Assembly (NCBI GenBank): GCA_030680835.1
Contig: JAUXUD010000004.1
Location: forward strand, 32,400 to 96,399
DNA: 64,000 nt
DNA from: Bacteroidota bacterium
Lineage (GTDB): Bacteria; Bacteroidota; Bacteroidia; UKL13-3
Direction: 5' to 3'
Made by a program: the position numbers and the translations under genes. Shown here piece by piece: positions 36,549 to 46,605 of the stretch. How positions within the stretch are numbered: position 1 is the first letter of the stretch; the number at the start of each line of letters is the position of its first letter. Below the pieces are notes generated by a model. That model did no database searches, was not told where the DNA came from, and worked only from the letters and a program-made list of their open reading frames with translations.

Positions 36549-37264
36549 CGAACGGAATCAGTAAAATAAAAAACAAAACAGAAATGAAGCTACAGTTACA
36601 AATAAAAATGAATGAGGCACTGTACCTCCGCAATCCGGAAGGATCGGAGTTGGGTAAGAACATTATCAAGCATGGTATTCAGTTAATATACAAATATGGT
36701 TTTGAAGTATTTACCTTTAAAAAATTGGCTGAAGATATAGGTACAACAGAAGCGGGCATTTACCGGTATTTTGAAAATAAGCATAAATTTTTGGTGTACC
36801 TTACCTCCTGGTATTGGGGATGGGTTGAATATCAGATTGGTTTTCATACCAACAACCTTAAAGACCCGGCAGTTAAATTAAAAAGAGTGATAAAACTTTT
36901 GGCATCATCTATAGAAGATGATGAACAAACGAGTTATGTAAATGAGAGTTTACTGCACCAAATTGTGATTTCAGAGGGATCAAAAGCATATTTAACCAGA
37001 CAAGTAAACGAAGATAATAAGCAGCATTTTTTTAAACCCTACAAAGATCTTTGTGCCACAATTGGAAATATTATTTTGGAGTGCAGTCCGAAATACAAAT
37101 ATCCAAAATCATTGGCAACTACAATTATAGAAATGGCACATTTTCAAAATTTCTTTATGTATCACTTACCGTCCCTTACTGATTTTGGAAAAAGTAAAGA
37201 AGAGACAGAAGTAATTGCCTTTTTGAATGATCTGGTTTTTTCAAGTTTGAAGAAAATTAAATGA
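36545..37264 (+). CDS. TetR/AcrR-family transcriptional regulator
   Basis: N-terminal HTH (FTFKKLAEDIGTTEAGIYRYFENKHKFL). 239 aa. The true start may be an internal Met (~36581). Confidence 0.65.
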   Translation: MSNGISKIKNKTEMKLQLQIKMNEALYLRNPEGSELGKNIIKHGIQLIYKYGFEVFTFKKLAEDIGTTEAGIYRYFENKHKFLVYLTSWYWGWVEYQIGFHTNNLKDPAVKLKRVIKLLASSIEDDEQTSYVNESLLHQIVISEGSKAYLTRQVNEDNKQHFFKPYKDLCATIGNIILECSPKYKYPKSLATTIIEMAHFQNFFMYHLPSLTDFGKSKEETEVIAFLNDLVFSSLKKIK

Positions 37265-37324
37265 TCCTAAATCTGAGTTTGAGAATAAATAAGTCTAACT
37301 TGTGAATTTATTAAATATATCTGA

Positions 37325-39976
37325 GTGAAATTTTTAAGTGAACTTCCTGCTCATAGCCTGCTGCAAAATGATCTTGCAAAAACTTTCGATGTTAATCCTG
37401 AGCTTGGTTTAAGTGTTGAAGAATCTCAAAGCCGGCTTAAATTATTTGGGAAGAATGTAATCATACAGGAGAAAAAGAAAAATCCGTGGATTATATTCAT
37501 CACCCAATTCAAAAGTTTAATTGTATATATTCTGATTTTTGCGATGGGTTTATCATTCCTTTTTCAGGAATGGCTTGAAGGGATTGCGATTGCCATTGTT
37601 ATTATTATTAATGCTTTTATTGGATTCTACATGGAATTCCAGGCAGATCGTTCCATGGAAAATCTTAAAAAACTGGCTCATATACCTACACGGGTATTGC
37701 GTTCCGGTAAAATAACAGAAGTGAATTCGGAGGAAATAACTCCGGGTGATATCGTTTTTCTTGAAGCGGGGGATGTGGTTCCGGCTGACCTCAGAATTAT
37801 TAAATCATCACAATTGCAGTCAGATGAGTCTTCACTGACCGGGGAATCTATACCTGCAGAAAAACAGGTTGGTCAGGTGAACGAAAATACGCTGCTTGCA
37901 GATCGCAGCAATATGCTATACAAAGGAAGTGCTGTTACCAAAGGCAATGCCTATGCAATGGTTACAGGCACCGGAATGAAAACCGAATTGGGGAAAATTG
38001 CAAGCCTCGTACAATCGGCAGAACAGGCAGTTACCCCATTGGAAAAAAAGCTGGAAGCATTCAGCAAGAAACTGATTAAAGTTACGGTTGTTCTGGTAAT
38101 TATCATTTTTATTGTAGGGTTAATCAATGGGAAGGATTGGCTTGAAATGCTGGAAACATCGATAGCACTTGCAGTAGCTGCTATACCGGAAGGCTTGCCC
38201 ATTGTTGCTACACTTGCGCTTGCACATGGGATGTTAAAAATGGTTAAATACAATGTGATTGTTAAAAAACTATCGGCAGTTGAAACTTTAGGGGGCACCA
38301 ATGTAATTTGCACGGATAAAACAGGAACATTGACACAAAACAAGATTTTGGTAAGTGCCCTTATTACGGCAGTTGAAAAGGCCGATTTACTGCAGGATAA
38401 AAAATTAAATGAAAATAAATCCAATGAAATAATGCTGTATATAGCTGTATTGTGCAATACAGCCAGCATAAGCGAAGATGGTAAGGAATCAGGAGATCCG
38501 CTTGAAACAGGATTATTGAAGTTTGCCATGCAGCAAAACATCCCGATAAAGGAATGGAAAAATAAATATCCTGTAAAGAAAGAAGAACCCTTTTCGTCGG
38601 AAACAAAAATTATGGCTACTTTATGCCAGTCAGAAAATGGATATACCATTTATGCAAAAGGAGCTGTTGAAGAATTGATAAAACATTGTACCCGCTTATT
38701 TACCGGTAATGAGGAAATAAATTTTGAAGAAGCTCAAAAGAAAGAATGGCTAAATGAATCTGAACAAATGGCTGCCTCCGGACTTCGTGTAATAGCCGGA
38801 GCATACAAAAACACGGAAGCAAATGACGGGCTGTTAACAGATGATTTGACATTTGCAGGTTTGTACGGCATGATTGACCCACCCCGGGAAGAAGTATTTG
38901 AAGCGATAAAAGAGTGCAAATCTGCAGGTATACAGGTAATCATGATTACGGGTGACCATCCCGAAACAGCCAAAAACATTGGAGCTAAACTTGGAATTAT
39001 TTCCGACCAGAATCAAGCAGTTATTATTGGCAATGACATGCATGATTATGAGCAATTGAGTGAAAGTGAAAAAGATACCTGGATAAAAACCGCTGTGTTT
39101 GCGCGTGTAAGTCCGAAACAAAAACTGGATTTGGTGACCGTGTTGCAGGACCGGAAATTTGTGGTGGGGATGACGGGTGATGGGGTAAATGATGCACCCG
39201 CATTAAAAAAGGCAGATATTGGCATTGCCATGGGTGAAAGAGGCACGCAGGTAGCACAGGACGTGGCGGATATGATTTTGAAAGATGATTCGTTTTCTTC
39301 AATTGTGCATGCCATAAAACAGGGAAGAATTATATTTGAGAATATCCGTAAGTTTGTTGTTTACCTGCTATCCTGCAATATTAGTGAACTGATAATAATC
39401 GCTTCGGCGGCTATTTTAAACTTGCATTTTCAGCTGTTCCCACTACAAATATTATATATAAATATTATTACGGATGTATTGCAGGCTTTGGCATTGGGCG
39501 TTACGAGAGGGGGTGATTCAATTATGCAACTGCCGCCCAGGAATGCAGATGAACCTATACTCGACAAGCGAAGGTGGTGGGCTGTTATTTATTACAGTAT
39601 AATCATCAGCATTTGTTCATTAGCCGGTGTTTTCATCAGCCATTATACTTCACAACGAATTGAAAGTATTGATGCTGCCATGTGCAATAATGTATTATTT
39701 TATACCTTGATATTCTGCCAGCTGCTTCATGTATTTAATATGGGATCAGGCGATATGTCTTTCTTTAAAACGGAAGTGTTTAAAAACAAATATGTATGGT
39801 ATGCTTCAATGGCTTGCATTGTAATTATTATAGCGAGTTATCTGATTGAACCCATAAGAAAAGTATTAAGTATTTATGCGATGTCACCTGCAGACTGGGC
39901 CATAGCTGCAGGCATGAGTTTCGTTTCATTTTTTATTATTCAATTGTCTCAAAAGTTTAAACTAATAAAGCAATAA
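37325..39976 (+). CDS. Cation-transporting P-type ATPase (P2/P3-type, Ca2+/Mg2+-like), GTG start
   Basis: 883 aa. DKTGTLT phosphorylation site, TGDHPETA, MTGDGVNDAPALKKADIGIAMG and a cation-ATPase N-terminal domain. Confidence 0.8.
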   Translation: MKFLSELPAHSLLQNDLAKTFDVNPELGLSVEESQSRLKLFGKNVIIQEKKKNPWIIFITQFKSLIVYILIFAMGLSFLFQEWLEGIAIAIVIIINAFIGFYMEFQADRSMENLKKLAHIPTRVLRSGKITEVNSEEITPGDIVFLEAGDVVPADLRIIKSSQLQSDESSLTGESIPAEKQVGQVNENTLLADRSNMLYKGSAVTKGNAYAMVTGTGMKTELGKIASLVQSAEQAVTPLEKKLEAFSKKLIKVTVVLVIIIFIVGLINGKDWLEMLETSIALAVAAIPEGLPIVATLALAHGMLKMVKYNVIVKKLSAVETLGGTNVICTDKTGTLTQNKILVSALITAVEKADLLQDKKLNENKSNEIMLYIAVLCNTASISEDGKESGDPLETGLLKFAMQQNIPIKEWKNKYPVKKEEPFSSETKIMATLCQSENGYTIYAKGAVEELIKHCTRLFTGNEEINFEEAQKKEWLNESEQMAASGLRVIAGAYKNTEANDGLLTDDLTFAGLYGMIDPPREEVFEAIKECKSAGIQVIMITGDHPETAKNIGAKLGIISDQNQAVIIGNDMHDYEQLSESEKDTWIKTAVFARVSPKQKLDLVTVLQDRKFVVGMTGDGVNDAPALKKADIGIAMGERGTQVAQDVADMILKDDSFSSIVHAIKQGRIIFENIRKFVVYLLSCNISELIIIASAAILNLHFQLFPLQILYINIITDVLQALALGVTRGGDSIMQLPPRNADEPILDKRRWWAVIYYSIIISICSLAGVFISHYTSQRIESIDAAMCNNVLFYTLIFCQLLHVFNMGSGDMSFFKTEVFKNKYVWYASMACIVIIIASYLIEPIRKVLSIYAMSPADWAIAAGMSFVSFFIIQLSQKFKLIKQ

Positions 39977-40022
39977 AACAGGAATGTTATGCGTGCAATT
40001 TAATGTTTAAAATGTCAGGGCG

Positions 40023-41042
40023 CTACTCTGCTTTTGTTTGCTTCCAGATGGATTTAGCAGGCATAAAACGGTAGGTAAGTCCTGCAGTATAAAAGTATTG
40101 CATGCCTACCTGTGTACCGTTTTGGTATTGATATAATGGGATTTCGCGAAAACCAAATACTGTGAATGATTTGTATGTGTAGCTGACTTGAGGTATGAAT
40201 GAAATTTTATAACCTCCCGTTGAAAAAGGTTCAACACTCAGCAGTGCGGCATTTGCATAGGGTACCAGTTCCATCTTATCAATCCATTCTCCCTTAGTCT
40301 GCAAAGTAATTCCTAATTTTCTAAAAAATGTTTTTCCTGCAAACAATCCAACGCTTGCGTAATCCCCAAATTTTTCACCCAATGAATTCCATCCTTTTTT
40401 TACATACAATGCATTGGCAAAAACTCTGAATTTTGCCTTTTTGTATTCTCTGAACGCAAAGCCATAAAAAATAAAATCGGTTGAACCGGTGGTTGGCTGA
40501 ACGGTAGGGGGTGAGATGGAATAGAATTTACCTATTGAAGGATCATCAATGATAAGGGTTGAGTCGCAATACTTGCCAACAGGAATTTTTATTCCCAAAC
40601 CCAATGTAAATTCGGTATGATGTTTTTCATCTGTTTTATCATACACATCATAGCGTGGAAAGATGATTATATCGGATATTCCTGAAGAAGTTTTTGTATT
40701 GTAAATATTCTCAGGATTCAATCCAACCAGGGTTTTATCCAAAAAATATCCTCCTTCAAGCGAAAGCGTCAGTTTTTCGGTGAGGCCATAAGCCAGTCTT
40801 AAATACAGGTAATTGCTGCTTAAATTTTTAAGGAGTGAAGCGGTGTCTTTATCGCCGGAAAAGAATTTATTGGAACTCGAATATTGGTAGTTTCCACCTA
40901 TTTCAACCTGACCTTTAAGCAAAACGCCCTGAGAAGTTCCACCGGCAATCGGACTGCCGCTGCCACCCGAGCAACACCCCTGAGAAAAAAGGGATTTGTT
41001 GGTAAACAGAAAAACAAGCAGAATTAAGGCGAAATGTTTCAT
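40023..41042 (-). CDS. Predicted outer-membrane beta-barrel protein (hypothetical)
   Basis: Signal peptide (MKHFALILLVFLF), then alternating amphipathic beta-strand-like segments and a CCSGGSGSP motif. No specific family recognised. Confidence 0.4.
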   Translation of the reverse strand: MKHFALILLVFLFTNKSLFSQGCCSGGSGSPIAGGTSQGVLLKGQVEIGGNYQYSSSNKFFSGDKDTASLLKNLSSNYLYLRLAYGLTEKLTLSLEGGYFLDKTLVGLNPENIYNTKTSSGISDIIIFPRYDVYDKTDEKHHTEFTLGLGIKIPVGKYCDSTLIIDDPSIGKFYSISPPTVQPTTGSTDFIFYGFAFREYKKAKFRVFANALYVKKGWNSLGEKFGDYASVGLFAGKTFFRKLGITLQTKGEWIDKMELVPYANAALLSVEPFSTGGYKISFIPQVSYTYKSFTVFGFREIPLYQYQNGTQVGMQYFYTAGLTYRFMPAKSIWKQTKAE

Positions 41043-41058
41043 GCAGGAAACAAAATAA

Positions 41059-41832
41059 TTATCTTGCAATATTGAATCTGATTAATTGTGAATACTCACC
41101 TGCATTCAATTTCAGGAAATAGACGCCATTACTCAGGGTTTCAATATTAATTAGTGTTTCGTGATTTCCTGCACTGAATCTTTCGGGTTCAAGCGACTTG
41201 ATTTTTGCACCGAGTATATTGTAAATTTCGAAGTTGATTTCTGTTTTCTGGTTTAAAACAAACGTCACTGAAAATTTATCAACCGCCGGATTCGGATAAA
41301 CGGATAAGCGGAAGTCGGCATTTTTCTCCTCAATTGCGGAGCTAATCAATGCGGCATTAATTGCATTTGTGAGATTTGTGGCATTCAATCCGTTATTTTG
41401 CCTGAATTTAATTGCATGATTGGCCCCACTGAAAACCATGATGGTTGGCATACCGGGACTATAATACGACTCATTTTTGACTGTAGAACTTGAAAACTGA
41501 ACAACAGATCCCATTCCGTACGGACTGGCCCAGGTATTTAAGGATGAACAACTGTTATTTCCGTCAATCAGATAAAACAATACTTTACCCGGATTTGTAC
41601 TGGCATAGTTTTTTACAACATTGTTTGCGGAAACCGATGGGCTCACGCATGAGCCACATGGATGTACCATCGAAACTACAATTACTTTCCCTGCATTGAG
41701 TTCCGAATACAAATTATGGGATACGCTGGCGCAATCGTTGGCAGTAAAATCAGCAGCAGTGGTTTGTGCAAAAGCTGTTAAACCGCAAAACAGCAGAACA
41801 ATTGAAAAGTATATGTTTTTTTTCATAATCAT
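41059..41832 (-). CDS. T9SS C-terminal-domain secreted protein with CxxC (thioredoxin-like?) motif
   Basis: Signal peptide and a VHPCGSCV motif. C-terminal Por sorting domain (SVYPNPAVDKFSV...YNILGAKI...GVYFLKL). Confidence 0.55.
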   Translation of the reverse strand: MIMKKNIYFSIVLLFCGLTAFAQTTAADFTANDCASVSHNLYSELNAGKVIVVSMVHPCGSCVSPSVSANNVVKNYASTNPGKVLFYLIDGNNSCSSLNTWASPYGMGSVVQFSSSTVKNESYYSPGMPTIMVFSGANHAIKFRQNNGLNATNLTNAINAALISSAIEEKNADFRLSVYPNPAVDKFSVTFVLNQKTEINFEIYNILGAKIKSLEPERFSAGNHETLINIETLSNGVYFLKLNAGEYSQLIRFNIAR

Positions 41833-42039
41833 TAATTAAATGCAACTTATTCAAAAGTAATACAATTGATTTATTCTGCAAGTTATTTTTAGTTTAATAT
41901 CAGTATTTTTACAGAGTTTTTATAAGAAATCAGTACAATTGTAAATTCGAAGTCAAAAATACAAACCGAAATACATCAATAACATGACTTGCATCAATGT
42001 TTCGAATCAATTAGATTTGTTTTTTTACCCGTAAATAGT

Positions 42040-42450
42040 ATGAGAAGAATACTTGCCCTAACACTTGCTTTTCTGATGCTCGCTTTATCATTTAGAGTGG
42101 GCGTGGCTGTTCACTTATGCGGAGGAAAACTGGTTCAAACCAAATGGGTGATTGGTTATGGAAAGGCAGGTTGCGGAATGGATGAACAAAATGACAGATG
42201 TGAAAAACAATCTTCTGCTGTTTTGAATAAACCACCCTGCTGCGTCAATGGACTTCAGCAAATAGCCAGCGACGATTACCAATCTGCAGGCAAGCTTATT
42301 CAGTATTTTTTTGGATATAATGTTGAATTTATACAAGCCAATATCGTTTCCTCCGGGCATGACAATGAAGTTGAACGTTTAATTTTTTATAGACCACCAC
42401 CGGGTCTTTCCGCTGTCTTTCTTCCTTTTATCAGGGTTTTTCTGATTTGA
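42040..42450 (+). CDS. Hypothetical secreted protein
   Basis: Signal peptide MRRILALTLAFLMLALSF and several Cys. No recognisable domain. Start taken at an internal Met of the 41989 ORF. Confidence 0.3.
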   Translation: MRRILALTLAFLMLALSFRVGVAVHLCGGKLVQTKWVIGYGKAGCGMDEQNDRCEKQSSAVLNKPPCCVNGLQQIASDDYQSAGKLIQYFFGYNVEFIQANIVSSGHDNEVERLIFYRPPPGLSAVFLPFIRVFLI

Positions 42451-42598
42451 TATTCATAATAAACTACACAACCAGGCTTTAAAACAGACATGGGATGGGT
42501 ATGTTTATCAGATTGTACAATTTTATGTGCAATCCTTTTATAAGGGTAAATTAAATTACCCGGGATACTATCATAAAATACATTTAAACTTAAAAAAC

Positions 42599-42910
42599 AT
42601 GAAAAAATTAATTAAATCTTTATGCATACTCTTTATCGGAGTTATTGTATTTTCAAGCTGTACCAAAACCCCAATGGCTTGTTGCAGCCTGCCTGAAACA
42701 GGAACTGTTGGACAATCCATCAGTTTTAATTCTACCTGCAGTACCAATGCAAGTAAATACAAATGGGACTTTGGTGACGGAACCAGCACAACGGATGCAA
42801 ACCCAACTCATATTTATACAGTAGCAGGAACTTATACAGTGAAACTGATGGCGATGAGCAGCAACGAATCTAAAATGAGTGAGACCTCTAAAACCATCAA
42901 AATTCAATAA
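42599..42910 (+). CDS. PKD-domain lipoprotein
   Basis: Lipoprotein signal (LFIGVIVFSSC) and a PKD motif (KWDFGDGTSTTDANPTHIYTVAGTYTVKL). Confidence 0.6.
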   Translation: MKKLIKSLCILFIGVIVFSSCTKTPMACCSLPETGTVGQSISFNSTCSTNASKYKWDFGDGTSTTDANPTHIYTVAGTYTVKLMAMSSNESKMSETSKTIKIQ

Positions 42911-42920
42911 TACATTAACC

Positions 42921-43334
42921 ATGAAATATGCATTCATTTTTATAATCATATTACTGGCACCTAATTTTCCTTTTTCAACTGCGGGTAATCAGGGCACAGA
43001 AAAAGGATGGGTAGCACCTCCCGATGCCGACAAAGTTTCGAATCCATTAATGCGGAGTGCTATTTCTGCTACAGAAGGAAAAAAAATCTATATGCAAATA
43101 TGTGTGGTGTGCCACGGAGACAAAGGCAAGGGGGATGGAATAGGCGGGTTGGCACTAAATCCACGACCTGCAAATTTCTCGTCACAGAAAGTGCAGGTAC
43201 AAACAGATGGCGCCATTTTTTGGAAAATTACTGAGGGGCGACCACCCATGGCAAGTTACAAAACCATTCTCACCGAAACACAACGCTGGCAACTGGTTAA
43301 TTTTATTCGAACATTTAATTCATTAAAAAAATAA
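42921..43334 (+). CDS. Class I c-type cytochrome (monoheme)
   Basis: Signal peptide, a CVVCHGDKGKG heme-binding CxxCH and a distal Met region (PPMAS). Confidence 0.65.
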   Translation: MKYAFIFIIILLAPNFPFSTAGNQGTEKGWVAPPDADKVSNPLMRSAISATEGKKIYMQICVVCHGDKGKGDGIGGLALNPRPANFSSQKVQVQTDGAIFWKITEGRPPMASYKTILTETQRWQLVNFIRTFNSLKK

Positions 43335-43337
43335 CAC

Positions 43338-44561
43338 ATGAAAACAAAATTGATTTTAATCGCTTTTTTTATTTCGGGTATCAATCTATTGCAGGCTCAG
43401 GATAGCACGCAAGCACAGATTCAAAGTATTAAAGATGAAATAGCTATCATAAAGAAACCTGTTCAGACTCATTTTATGCTGAGGGGATTTACACAATTTG
43501 GATTTGATGCTTCTGATGAGAATATAAATTTTAACATGACCTCATTTAATCCGGTTTTATTATGGAGACATGGAGATCGTTTTTTGATTGAAGCGGAGCT
43601 TGAAATGGAATACATGTCCAACCAGTTTGAAATCAATCTCGGTTACGCAAATGCATCTTATATAGTAACAAAAGGATTGGTAGTAAGAGCCGGAAAATTT
43701 TTGATACCTTTTGGTACTTTTGGAGAACGTTTTCATCCTTCCTGGGTCAATAAATTTGCTTCCCAGCCACTGGGTTTCGGGCATGACGGGATTGCTCCAT
43801 CCGGAGATTTGGGGATTGAAGTGAGAGGCGGATTCCAGTTGGGAAGTTCAAAATTAAACTATTCATTGTATGCAGTAAACGGACCCAGAATTAAAGATGG
43901 TACCGAAGAACCTGAGGAAGCAGGTATGCTGATGTTTAAAAACGAAACCGAGAATAATAACAACAAAGCAATCGGTACACGGATTGGTATCTTGCCCTTA
44001 TCAAACTCCTCATTGGAAATTGGGTTATCTGCATATTATGCAGCTCCCGGTTCTAGTCATTCACCTTTTGAAGGAGATCCCCTGAATGAAGATTTGAACT
44101 ATGAAAATGTGACTGCAATGTTAACAGCTGTTGATTTGTCCTATGTTAAAATAATCAGTCCCTTAATGGGCATTATTGATATTAAAGGACAATACAGTTT
44201 ATCGAATATAAGTAATGCTGTTTATTATAATCCTGAAGATACCAGTCGTTATACCTTTACCAATGAAAGTTCGGCATATTATGTGCAAATGGCATACCGA
44301 CCGGCATTGGCAGAAAATCAGATTTTAAAAAACTTTGAAATTGCGGGCAGATACTCGGCTTATACAACACCTGTTGGTTCTCTATGGGCTGATAATAAAT
44401 CGCAGATAACAGTGGGTTTAAACTACTGGTTAAGCTGGAGAACAGTTATAAAAGCAAACTATCAGATAAATGAAAGTTCTATGTCGGGAGGGCATGGTAT
44501 GTCGACTATGACCGGGGGAAATGGAAGCATGTTTCAATTGCATATAGCGGCTGGATTTTAA
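43338..44561 (+). CDS. Putative outer-membrane porin (phosphate-selective porin O/P-like)
   Basis: 407 aa. Signal peptide, an N-terminal coiled segment, then a beta-barrel-like sequence ending in a C-terminal Phe. Confidence 0.45.
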   Translation: MKTKLILIAFFISGINLLQAQDSTQAQIQSIKDEIAIIKKPVQTHFMLRGFTQFGFDASDENINFNMTSFNPVLLWRHGDRFLIEAELEMEYMSNQFEINLGYANASYIVTKGLVVRAGKFLIPFGTFGERFHPSWVNKFASQPLGFGHDGIAPSGDLGIEVRGGFQLGSSKLNYSLYAVNGPRIKDGTEEPEEAGMLMFKNETENNNNKAIGTRIGILPLSNSSLEIGLSAYYAAPGSSHSPFEGDPLNEDLNYENVTAMLTAVDLSYVKIISPLMGIIDIKGQYSLSNISNAVYYNPEDTSRYTFTNESSAYYVQMAYRPALAENQILKNFEIAGRYSAYTTPVGSLWADNKSQITVGLNYWLSWRTVIKANYQINESSMSGGHGMSTMTGGNGSMFQLHIAAGF

Positions 44562-44581
44562 AATATTAATAATAATCAGAC

Positions 44582-44854
44582 ATGAAAAAATTAAATTATA
44601 TACTCGGAATTATATTCTCCGTATTTATTTCTGTAATTGCATTGCAAAGCTGTACTACTTCTAAAGCTGTGATCACCGGCAAATCAGGCGCACAACTTTG
44701 GGGCGAAAATTGTGTGCGCTGCCATAACAGTCCTTCACCTGTTGATTTTACGGATGAAGAATGGAAGACCATTGGATTGCATATGCAGGTGCGGGCAAAT
44801 CTGACCAAAGAAGAAACAGAAAAAATAATTGAATTCCTAAGTTCAGCTAATTAA
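44582..44854 (+). CDS. Small c-type cytochrome-like lipoprotein
   Basis: Lipoprotein signal (ALQSC) plus CVRCH heme-binding motif. 90 aa. Confidence 0.5.
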   Translation: MKKLNYILGIIFSVFISVIALQSCTTSKAVITGKSGAQLWGENCVRCHNSPSPVDFTDEEWKTIGLHMQVRANLTKEETEKIIEFLSSAN

Positions 44855-44884
44855 TAATTTGTTTTGTTCCCCTTAGTTCCTTAG

Positions 44885-44925
44885 TTTCTTTGTAGCCCTG
44901 AAGCACTCCAGTTGCTACAAAGAAA
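44885..44925 (+). terminator. Rho-independent terminator-like hairpin after the cytochrome/porin gene group
   Basis: tttctttgtagc / gctacaaagaaa 12-bp stem with a 17-nt loop, further extendable with mismatches, followed by a short T-run. Confidence 0.5.
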
Positions 44926-45036
44926 CAAAGGAACAAAGAATTTTATATGTCGTTTTGGTGTAATTTTAAGTTGGCAAGAGTGCAAGCATGAAAGTTATTT
45001 ATATATTTGAGTTGAACCATAATCTAATAAAATACT

Positions 45037-46515
45037 ATGCGTAAATTAATACTGCTTATATGTTTCATTTTATTTGTATGCAATTTTTCCAATGCACAAT
45101 CAAACATTAGCTGGAATACAAGCATGAATATTGCAACGAGTTCGTCGGGCAATATGCACCCCCGCATGACGCTGGACGGAAAGGGTAATCCGCTTGTAAT
45201 CTGGGGCAGGATGTCGGATGGCGCAGTTTTCATTTCACGCTGGACGGGAACTATGTTTGCTACGCCTGTAAAGTTAAATCCTGCATGGTTAAAGGTTGCC
45301 TCGGCTTCGTGGATGGGACCTGATATTGCTTCTAAAGGGGATACGGTTTATGTAGTTGTAAAACGAACCCCGGAAGCAGCCGATACCAATTATATTTATA
45401 TTATGCGTTCATTTGACGGAGGCATGTCATTTTCTGCGCCGGTGCGTGTAGATAATATTGGTGACAGTATCTCACGTTTCCCAACGGTGAGTGTGGATGC
45501 TTTGGGCAATCCACTTGTGGCTTTTATGAAATTCAATTCTTCATTTCTGGATTCAAGATGGGTGGTTGCAAAATCAAGCGACTATGGCGTAAGTTTTTCA
45601 AAGGATGTTAAGGCAAGTGGTTATAGCGGAGCAGCCGCAGAGGTATGCGATTGTTGCCCGGGTGCCATTGTAACGTCCGGTTCTGTTTCGGCGGTGGTTT
45701 ACCGCGATAACCTGAGTAATATTCGCGATATATGGACAGGAATTTCAAGCAATAACGGCATCTCATTTAACAGAGGTTTTGCGGTAGATAAAACAAACTG
45801 GTTCCTGCAGTCTTGTCCGGCCAGTGGTCCGGATGCGGTGATTGTTGGAGATTCATTGTACACTGTTTTTATGAGCGGTGCAAGCACAAAAAATCGCATC
45901 TATTTAAGCAGGACTTCAATTAGCACAGGTATTGTAAATTCGGTTTCAACAACTAGTAGCAACATTGCTTCATTGAACCAGCAGAATTTTCCGCGTATCG
46001 CCACCGATGGGGTTGCGGCAGCTATTGTATGGCAACAAAGTGTTGGCGGTGTAGCACAGCTTCCAGTTACTTTTACAAACGATATTAGCAAAGGATTTCC
46101 GCTTGTTTATGATACCGTTGATTTGGTTAATATAACCAATATGGATATTGCAATGGCCAACGGTAAAATTTATGTTATATGGGAAGATGACAATTCGGGA
46201 ACTGTAAAATTTCGAAGTGGAACCTATAAGCCATTGAATACAGGAAACGCCAAAATAGTAAAAAGTGAACCGATTGAATTCAGATGTTTCCCGAATCCGG
46301 CGAGTGATGTTTTGAATATCGTTTCTCCTGTTGAAGGCCGGTATGTTTTAAACCTCTTTAATGCCTTGGGTGAAAAAGTATTTACAATGGAATCAGAATC
46401 CAGCCAAAGCATTGAATTGGCAAATTTTCCTAAGGGTATTTATTTTGTTCGGTTGATCCAAACGAATGATATAGAAAGCACCCAGGTGTTCACACAAAAG
46501 ATTATTAAGCAATAG
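45037..46515 (+). CDS. BNR (sialidase-like) repeat protein with T9SS C-terminal sorting domain
   Basis: Repeated S-x-D-x-G-x-S-F motifs (SFDGGMSFS, SSDYGVSFS, SNNGISFN) and a Por tail (FRCFPNPASDVLNI...GIYFVRL). Confidence 0.65.
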   Translation: MRKLILLICFILFVCNFSNAQSNISWNTSMNIATSSSGNMHPRMTLDGKGNPLVIWGRMSDGAVFISRWTGTMFATPVKLNPAWLKVASASWMGPDIASKGDTVYVVVKRTPEAADTNYIYIMRSFDGGMSFSAPVRVDNIGDSISRFPTVSVDALGNPLVAFMKFNSSFLDSRWVVAKSSDYGVSFSKDVKASGYSGAAAEVCDCCPGAIVTSGSVSAVVYRDNLSNIRDIWTGISSNNGISFNRGFAVDKTNWFLQSCPASGPDAVIVGDSLYTVFMSGASTKNRIYLSRTSISTGIVNSVSTTSSNIASLNQQNFPRIATDGVAAAIVWQQSVGGVAQLPVTFTNDISKGFPLVYDTVDLVNITNMDIAMANGKIYVIWEDDNSGTVKFRSGTYKPLNTGNAKIVKSEPIEFRCFPNPASDVLNIVSPVEGRYVLNLFNALGEKVFTMESESSQSIELANFPKGIYFVRLIQTNDIESTQVFTQKIIKQ

Positions 46516-46605
46516 GATCTATTGAAAGTCGGTTATTTATAGTCTGTGTTTTCAAATATAACATTCTAATCGAACTAATAATTTGTTACAATTGATTGTT
46601 TTTTT

